64,000 nt of DNA from Candidatus Omnitrophota bacterium (GTDB lineage Bacteria > Omnitrophota > Gorgyraeia > Zapsychrales > Zapsychraceae), in assembly GCA_021108075.1 (NCBI GenBank), contig JAIORP010000150.1:3396-67395 (forward strand), written 5' to 3'. Under the pieces are notes generated by a model. The model was not told the origin of the DNA. It searched no databases and saw only the letters and a list, made by a program, of their open reading frames with translations. A program made the translations under genes and the position numbers. The first letter of the stretch is position 1, and each line of letters starts with the position of its first letter. Shown one piece after another: positions 60,001 through 64,000 of the stretch.

Positions 60001-60099
60001 TTTACTCCCATCATCATGCAGATTACTCCCATTACGAATTTACCGCTTATCCTTGGCGCGAAAGACGTGATTCAAGAGGACGGTTTGTCTTCATCTTAA
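51067..60099 (+). CDS. Giant 3010-aa signal-anchored multidomain protein of unknown function, with a kinase-like motif, two methyltransferase-like modules and four XRE-type HTH repeats
   Basis: Uninterrupted ORF. N-terminus KRKRMFFGMNCLVLAVFIFMSTLSNFVCAQG is a signal or signal-anchor. FRFDPNPNNILVD...NIVDIK at about aa 1112 resembles a kinase HxDxxxxN..D(F/I)G core. Two repeated roughly 380-aa modules each carry SAM-MTase motifs (IVIVDWGTGEG, IVILDWGAGEG, post-motif II LMKPGGIII and IMQPGGLLV). The C-terminal 400 aa hold four XRE-like HTH units. Confidence 0.7.
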   Translation: MVNMKRKRMFFGMNCLVLAVFIFMSTLSNFVCAQGMFVGRLPQPGQMVFLSPAFNPLVIKGIKLYPQEPLRFDFIIDVGDSSTQEAPLREASAKAIKYFLAALTVPEDDLWVNLSPFEKDRIIPDDFGVTEMGRDLLAQDYLLKQITASLMYPEEELGRKFWETVYRKAYDQYGTTDIFIGTFNKVWILPDHAEVFENGDSALIVDCRLRVLTEFDYKAEAEQREISTQDQSLKTDHLNKWGQRNSSLTSEIVREIIIPELEKEVNEGQNFADLRQIYHSLILATWLKQRLKNSVMSKLYINQNKTAGVNVDDPEIKEKIYQQYLAAYRKGVYNYIKEDYDPYIQDVVPRKYFSGGMDLAMLGQETNQILKIVKKLDWSKHAQRFTNLVMTGVILTVAGTSAADVGNVNLNAINPPAGIVQQGERFVAVSSNVHSDPYNVPAKWKSFVFAPPSGATLDLSGYRYLNVRVGAGAGNVIVELTDLLQAERQRLLEHKGVYDRKRALSPVYIVGQGEDFISIDLDEIKQSDPQIDLSKIIQVSVNAGEYFYFDKINSRDANLQLSGGLSLSSTPKIQSKAEDLNAFRQFYAAKQQEKEALNERYRTEPLVLPQGVLTGEAQSLLGGEFSDRIQALDNVSAIITDKKHPNYASAIKLLRYHMFNPFQNTNIRRHIHYLLKDRAQEQVDEYLLDDYVTHGYRVTEPVVVQVPYIKTTQTGTTYQYDGWDGQSEKARFTDKGTQYGVEGIITGPETVERVLDKKVLERLAHWSIIMNIDPMTITFPTIYTESLLGAHPELTYNIMTIHQQDIHSMLSDREKQLRQDLLAMFAEGSFDEKLDEIIITGLIIMQRGFNVFANSDADLSKRLQGYNGYGTYPWEPWKGTNMAKEPVIGRRAVKVGEFIKDGILKDISAAVAKELKIDLPLLPHNLQGVRIGISHVRQSPVVKNLVDEKKIDQAVDADMAMLSLPQYLNIGRYKWAMRKSGYKQAQDLIEAALNRGDLLGRTTDGLNKIMSIPGMPGYSLQVPELSEFEERLQTVQDPFPNRNFGQAIARYGNFFILKRQAGFVGGVPAWSEATFEEKDRVFEQYLDATATMPQTAYNDLAASIQTVDRSGFRFDPNPNNILVDRARDKFNIVDIKVKNLEHTASVAEMITALTALRYSEGPYSRGRAENAGLFKTIMRRSFLAAIDGNILYPPTDRYATSTLRSVFKQAGIENRWDEFQSAYARLYEREAAKDDWLELFNRVFGESIGSLVDQNVSPDISPYMLTRKPEGIVLADDKNLDEKFARYIERDQVLSQYAHLAQLFLQDTDEMRRIKAALLTNPHWRPVFMQALPSQATSEIIPLNRFDSIRDLGGMELLESHRVFSFGQSQVSLEFADARSRTYLEQQEAGMNDSDLVENEFKIIVGLADRYSEKTLDFYKVAHGRRVFFPLADGFFLSLKGIGQLVQREQSPYFYDQKTDSLRGLAIEAVLPQYLKSADLQDISLYPESLAYMYVYRVPNGQGALESFEAMTPQRSDLQQSLVYFEKTIHPDRLLKLSQMGDHDPDLQKIAWQISQNLIQSGHLSKDTLLTPRQLFSQIFENMFRRLALDQNAGISYAVVHAQDITFTGSFEDKEERQPINHLGGAAVLPVMERVVKEKNIFENFDSQMKIFLQVASYLGTERPGLVTDFDAFLKGALEIYFTTVNDGILSFWVRESSGEFSRALPGIARRFEDDPLPGLFNVSRVEQMEQRLKSMVMAEWVRRLDAMPEMVTDQEVMLTGGFTDLLEFDPQNISTVQMNGRTKVSSSLTPDALSQALRAPYYQVERNIQDNIILGRVTSPADLGWGFFNTSIRDFSESIDVDVMAGVLSYISKVRKDVAPDEEIVIVDWGTGEGNVLNDVAAELEARGMTNVRLIGFANVLSQQWGRAHSNVEFIFDDGRNFFHHFKDTKVDIMLSNMGLVHLQNDFVPFLFETRNLMKPGGIIIADSAVVAKDDTFEELFGLFFNLIKNERVSEGTTTLVLQKVIPADNTQQPSMPAIKEEPWLLNQFSDHGRLSFQDAQEQLRQFVASSLAGPYIAAFRNDSRVWADQKVVALLRELHGQGPDYMIQTPIQSYRKGDLTEQTGFDLLSLSTPERQEVFIDIIDQRLGVGPATLDRAMLHRQREDLRFHADTITNVLLEGHVKVSTTVIEEDMARVLRHPYYLMEHNEDTGEIKGRFTSPQYENYSFFETDIGTISHRFDVDVIEGVMSYIDMVRSNIGSEREIVILDWGAGEGEMLNHLAGLIEDEGIRNVKLIGFANIFSQDWARVHPNVEFIFDDAQNLFKHFKDRKIDMVFSHMGMTHVNPTAMADYLHGMGDIMQPGGLLVMDYSRRIHWRTIAKGILPATLQSLRNERVSWLDSVLVAQRVISDDAPQSENMKSLRKQPWLYHELSFEDIMSYAEAEAQISEYLKTPDSQPLQDVFKSILDSLTIDIAIGLIRELDGKDARYMFDTPEDSYAKSRLTDQRDMRSSQMNAPGAHELFALAVKERSEDSDHYLDLAMMPTDKAKIILRVRDFAREVDYLDELKDRFDFSQVDRSDVRLNKPDQLMRDLNAFIKRQARAHRQIYSMMQDMVIAEMEPFLYDRKDNPDGVTRAALGEELDIHPSSIYSIMNRKFVPSAELLGKLGNELGFSTVSISELRVRLRSLEMMMKDATRLQGLVLNLVRDMYGFRSFSQMSQAINDIRQTKGKSAINRGTMARMAGGTYRVSQDMLGSLSQDIGEYVAGQSLDEENVFVVRSQYSQLLKRWAVQDEIGKLIRRSRERQNIIQEDMANRLGISVPQYRGFETGMQPISQQYLDILYEELHAHENGLADRISAWKQEIEDQELIFIQAQEKASANLGPTRRSKNVSQEQLYQRTGISDAKIRLIENGSETMDPYQTFAFARGLSVTPARLWPEEDLIQVAFDQASLTRPDIATDNLGGIDFRPEQLNIETKGEVFDFEPNAIIGDVENFTGFTPIIMQITPITNLPLILGAKDVIQEDGLSSS

Positions 60100-60164
60100 A
60101 GAATTCGTGCGTAAATAAAGTCATCAAAACTAATTGATTTTTTGTCTTCTCAATCATCATTTTT

Positions 60165-61523
60165 TTGTGGAGGAATGTTATCATGAAAGTCACACCAAAT
60201 CCATTAACAAATTGTTCTATCTTAATTCTGATATTCTCGCTAAATCGTCGAGAAAAGCAGAATTGGTGTTGGTCATTATTTAATGGAATTGGTATTATTT
60301 GTTCCGTTATATTTGGTGTTATCCTTTTATTGAATGGCGCGTCGCCTGTGGATGCGGCCGTTGTAAAGGTCGAGAAAACCGATATCGGATGGCAATTGCT
60401 CGTTGATGGACAGCCGTTTATCATTAAAGGCGTTTGTTACACGCCGGTCAAAGTTGGTGAGGACCCCGAAGACTTGACGATGCGAGACTGGATGATTGTC
60501 GATGATAATAATGACGGGATAATCGATAGCGCTTATCAAAGTTGGGTGGATTATGACCGCAATAACAAGAAGGATTCAGATGAACCAGCTGTCGGGGATT
60601 TTAAATTGATCAAGGACATGGGGGCAAACACCATCCGGCTTTATCATCATTCTTCATCCAATCCAAAAATTCAAAGTCTCAGTCGAAATAATCCTTTGTT
60701 TGATCATGCGCCAAACAAGAAGCTGTTGCGTGACTTGCATCAGAAATATGGTTTATGGTTTGCGATGGGTGATTTTTTGGGCGCGCACACAATCGGGTCT
60801 GGCGCGACGTGGGAAAAGGGAACGGATTATACCGATCCGGTTCAACGCAAGAATATGATGCGTAGTGTGGAAGACCTGATTAATACTTTTAAAGATGAAC
60901 CCTATGTGCTGTTTTGGACCATTGGAAACGAAAATAACCGGGCGGATATGAGCCGGACAAATGCTCAATTCCACCCGGAAGAATACGCGAAGTTTGTGAA
61001 TGAGGTCGCCAAACGGATTCATGAATTGGACCCGAATCATCCGGTTGCGCTGATCAATGGCGAAACAACGATGCTGGACATGTACCGCCGCTACGCCCCG
61101 GCTGTTGACATCATCGGCATCAATACGTATTTTTATTTCCCTGGAGGATTCGGCAGCTTATGGCGGGATATAGACAAGTTGTATGACAAGCCTGTTTTTG
61201 TCGAATATAAAAATGCTCATCCAACCATTCAGGGCGGGTCTCTTGATGAGATCATTGATTATCGGTTACATGTTGAAAGCTGGCGTGATATTATCCGTCA
61301 TACCGCGGGGAAAAGCCAGCCGGGGAACGCCATCGGAGGTTTTAAGTTTCAATGGTTGGATACTTGGTGGACAGATTGGGACCCGGCTTTTCAGAACTTA
61401 GCCAAAGACGGGTGGCACGGAGAGTATCACGGCATAGCCTCACAGGGCGACGGTCATAATAGTTTGTTTATCCGTCAGTTGCGGCATGTGTACTACGCTT
61501 ATCAAGAAATCTGGAAAGATTAA
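60165..61523 (+). CDS. Secreted clan GH-A glycoside hydrolase (GH5/GH2-like TIM barrel). Its start codon is uncertain because the 5' end contains a MITE copy.
   Basis: Signal-like LLLNGASPVDAAV, NTIRLYHH, the acid/base motif FWTIGNENN and a later Glu in VFVEYKN. Confidence 0.5.
   Translation: MWRNVIMKVTPNPLTNCSILILIFSLNRREKQNWCWSLFNGIGIICSVIFGVILLLNGASPVDAAVVKVEKTDIGWQLLVDGQPFIIKGVCYTPVKVGEDPEDLTMRDWMIVDDNNDGIIDSAYQSWVDYDRNNKKDSDEPAVGDFKLIKDMGANTIRLYHHSSSNPKIQSLSRNNPLFDHAPNKKLLRDLHQKYGLWFAMGDFLGAHTIGSGATWEKGTDYTDPVQRKNMMRSVEDLINTFKDEPYVLFWTIGNENNRADMSRTNAQFHPEEYAKFVNEVAKRIHELDPNHPVALINGETTMLDMYRRYAPAVDIIGINTYFYFPGGFGSLWRDIDKLYDKPVFVEYKNAHPTIQGGSLDEIIDYRLHVESWRDIIRHTAGKSQPGNAIGGFKFQWLDTWWTDWDPAFQNLAKDGWHGEYHGIASQGDGHNSLFIRQLRHVYYAYQEIWKD
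60192..60298. repeat. MITE family A copy, 107 bp with internal insert, lying inside the annotated 5' end of the hydrolase ORF
   Basis: ACACCAAATCCATTAACAAATTG...TCTGATATTCTCGCTAAATCGTCGAGAAAAGCAGAATTGGTGTTGGTCATTATTTAATGGAATTGGTATTAT. Confidence 0.55.
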
Positions 61524-61555
61524 TTTTATTCATGTGTTTGATATAGAAAGAAACC

Positions 61556-64000
61556 GATGAATCAATTTTTTCTTTTGTTAAAAAATAGACATTTGAACGT
61601 TATCGTGCTAGGAGCCATGATCTGTATATATCCGAGCGCGGGCAACGTTGAGGCGGCAAAGGATATTCAGGGTTACCGGATTTTTTCCAGTCCTTCTTCA
61701 GACCCCCAGGTGTATGATCAAGACATCCGCATCGCTAAACGAATACTGCGGGAAGCTGAAAAGAATTTTTTTGATGACATTCGAATTGCTCCAGCCATGA
61801 TTAATTTGGCCCTTTTGTATGAAAAAGGCGGCCATATCGAATTAGCATTACCCCATTATGAGAATGCCCTAACAATTTTAGAAAATCAAGAAGGGTATAA
61901 AAGCCCTCAAGTCCTTGATTTGTCGGACCGCGTTGCCCGCATTTATAAGATGATGGGGCGGATTGCCCAGGCCATGAAATTGTCCTATGACATGCAGTAT
62001 GAATACGAACAAGATTTGGCATTGGCCCAGGAAATATTAGTCAAACAAGAAAAGAATTTAGGCGTGGAGCACCATAAGGTTGTTCGCCTGTTTGAGCTTG
62101 TTGGTTCCTTTCACCGGACAACCGGAAAGGTGCAGGAAGCCATCAAATTGTATGAAAAGGTTTATCAGAGTGTGCTAAGCAAATATGGTGAAACACATCC
62201 GCGCCTGGCACTGATCGCCGAACAATTGGGTTATTTATATCGGCGGGTGGATAACTATCCCAAGGCGCGTGAGACATGGCACCAGGCCTTAAAGGTTTGG
62301 GAAAAACATTTAGGTGCAAATAGTCCTAAGGTGGCTGAGGCGTTGATAAATTTGAGCTATATATTTATTGATTTTAAACAAAATATGGTCGCGGCCGCAT
62401 TATCCCGAAAAGCCCAGGAAATTCATCGAGAAACGTTAAAGAACATTTTATCATTCGGTTCTGAGGAACAGCGTCTGGATCATATGGAAACCGTTGATCC
62501 CTATTCTTTGCCAGCGACCTTGAATGACACGCCGGCGCTTGTTCAGGCGATCTTTGATCATAAAGGCATTGTGTTAGATTCGATTATCGAAGACATTCAG
62601 CTCACACGGCAAGCCCGGGGAGAAAAAAATACCCGTTTGTTAAAAAGCCGTTCACAAAAGAAAAAGAAGCTGATGAAATTATATTGGGACTTGTCATTAG
62701 ATATGACCCGCGAAGATCGTTATAAGAAAGAACAGCGAAAGAACCGTTTGAAATATGAAATCAAGGAAATAGAGCAGCAAATGACGCAGCACATGCGCTT
62801 TGGCCAATCCCGCGGAAATTATAATGTCGATATGCAAAAGATCCAGGAAGCTCTGCCGGACGATTCCACCTTGATTGATTTTATCCGTTATAATCATTAT
62901 TTGGGCCATTATAAGTTTGAGAAACGCTATGGCGCAGTGGTGATTGGTCCAGAAGGCCCTCCCCGGTGGGTGCCTCTGGGGCAGGCTTCTGTTATCGATG
63001 CGGCAATCAAACGCTATCAGGTGGTTGTGCGCCAGGATAATTATTTCGACAATTTAACGGCTGTGTTATTGAACGGTCTATATGGAATGATTTGGGAACC
63101 ATTGGAAACGAGTTTAACCCAGAGGACCCGTCGCGTGATTATCAGTGCCGCGGGATCACTGAATTATTTGTCCTTCGCGACATTGCTAACGCCCAACGAC
63201 AGGTTTCTGGCCCAGAAATACCGTATCTATTACGTTCCCTATAGCCGGGATATCCTGAAGAAGACACCGGTTGGACAGAAAAAGGATATTTTTATTTTTG
63301 CGGACCCGGCCTTTGCCAGGGATACTGAAAGAAAGGGTGTCCCTTTTTATCCTTTGCCTGGATCAAGGGATGAAGCGCAATCCATCGATAAGATCGCCAG
63401 GAACAATCAATACGCTTCACGGTTATATCTTCAGGACCAGGCGAGTGAGGCCTCGTTAAATTCTTTAAGTTCTCCGCGCATCCTGCACCTCGCAACGCAT
63501 GGTTTTTTTCAAAAGAATGGGAACAATATCTTAAAAGGGGTTGATCGGGAAAATCTTTTTTTGCTAGATTCCGATCGGAGTGGCGCGATGCCCACATTTT
63601 TTCAATCCTTGAAAAATCCGATGCAAACCAGTGGTCTCGCTTTGGTGGGCGCGCAGGATAGTGTGGACATTATCGCTGGAGAGTCTATTCCCCTGACAGC
63701 AAATGATGGTATTGTCACAGCCGAAGAAATCAGCCTGCTGGACCTTCAGCGGACGTGGCTGGTTGTCTTATCTGTTTGCGATAGCGGTCTGGTCGATATT
63801 GTCTCCGGGGACGAGTTTATGGGATTAAGGCGGGGATTTATGCAGGCCGGAGCGCAGAACGTTATGCTGAGCCTCTGGCGCGTCGATGACCGTGTGACGC
63901 CGCGGTTTATGAAAGATTATTATGCGCGTTTGTTTAAGATGCAAAGTCCGGCCCGGTCATTGTCCTTCACCCAGCGTTCCTGGCTGGTTCAACTCCGTAA
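61556..64000 (+). CDS. TPR-repeat plus CHAT-domain (caspase-like peptidase) protein. It is 3'-partial and runs off the window, so it is absent from the ORF track.
   Basis: My own translation from the ATG at 61556 is open to 64000. It shows a signal or TM N-terminus and TPR-like repeats (ALLYEKGGHIELALPHYENAL, GYLYRRVDNYPKARETWHQALKVW). It then shows the CHAT catalytic dyad context RILHLATHGFF and VVLSVCDSGL. Confidence 0.6.

Overview
This 64-kb window is a low-GC accessory region from an uncultivated-looking bacterium. I found no rRNA, tRNA or CRISPR array. It is built around an exosortase/PEP-CTERM exopolysaccharide locus and is heavily invaded by mobile DNA.

Layout, left to right:
- 1-7.2 kb: the 5' end of a DNA-methylase-like gene running off the window, a membrane protein, three tandem AAA_14/DUF4143 ATPase paralogs (one decayed), and two 5'-truncated IS66 transposase remnants that bracket a HigB/HigA-like toxin-antitoxin pair.
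- 7.5-25 kb: an EpsI-exosortase pair, a secreted clan GH-A glycoside hydrolase, and a minus-strand polysaccharide assembly cluster. The cluster holds GT26, GT4 x2 and GT2 glycosyltransferases, an epimerase, a methyltransferase, two hexapeptide acyltransferases, Wzy, Wzx and two sulfotransferases. It ends with a truncated CysQ-like remnant and a PiT permease.
- 25.5-29.2 kb: a defence islet with a zeta-toxin-like kinase and two AbiEi/AbiEii pairs, punctuated by a conserved palindromic repeat.
- 29.3-36.2 kb: a mobile/defence-like block. An IS91 transposase is followed by a six-gene minus-strand operon ending in an AEP primase-polymerase::SF2 helicase fusion, then a frameshifted HATPase_c_4/HTH regulator carrying an 11-bp tandem repeat, then an IS3 element.
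- 36.5-50.7 kb: a sigma-54-type promoter; a priming sugar transferase carrying an in-frame N-terminal PEP-CTERM-like unit; a bona fide PEP-CTERM protein; a PaaK/CapK-like ligase; a FeeM-like exosortase-associated N-acyltransferase; a fatty-acyl-AMP ligase-ACP-PlsC tri-domain protein; two unknown proteins; and a GAF histidine kinase plus sigma-54 NtrC-type regulator (PrsK/PrsR-like) with extra GAF and tandem-REC proteins.
- 51.1-60.1 kb: a single 3010-aa signal-anchored giant ORF. It carries a kinase-like motif, two tandem SAM-methyltransferase-like modules and four C-terminal XRE-type HTH repeats.
- 60.2-64 kb: a second GH-A hydrolase and the start of a TPR-CHAT protease-like gene.

A short inverted-repeat element (MITE) with TIR ATACCAATTCCATTAAATAATTG occurs at least six times, repeatedly just 5' of start codons.

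All calls rest on motifs read directly from the sequence and the supplied ORF translations. I ran no database searches.
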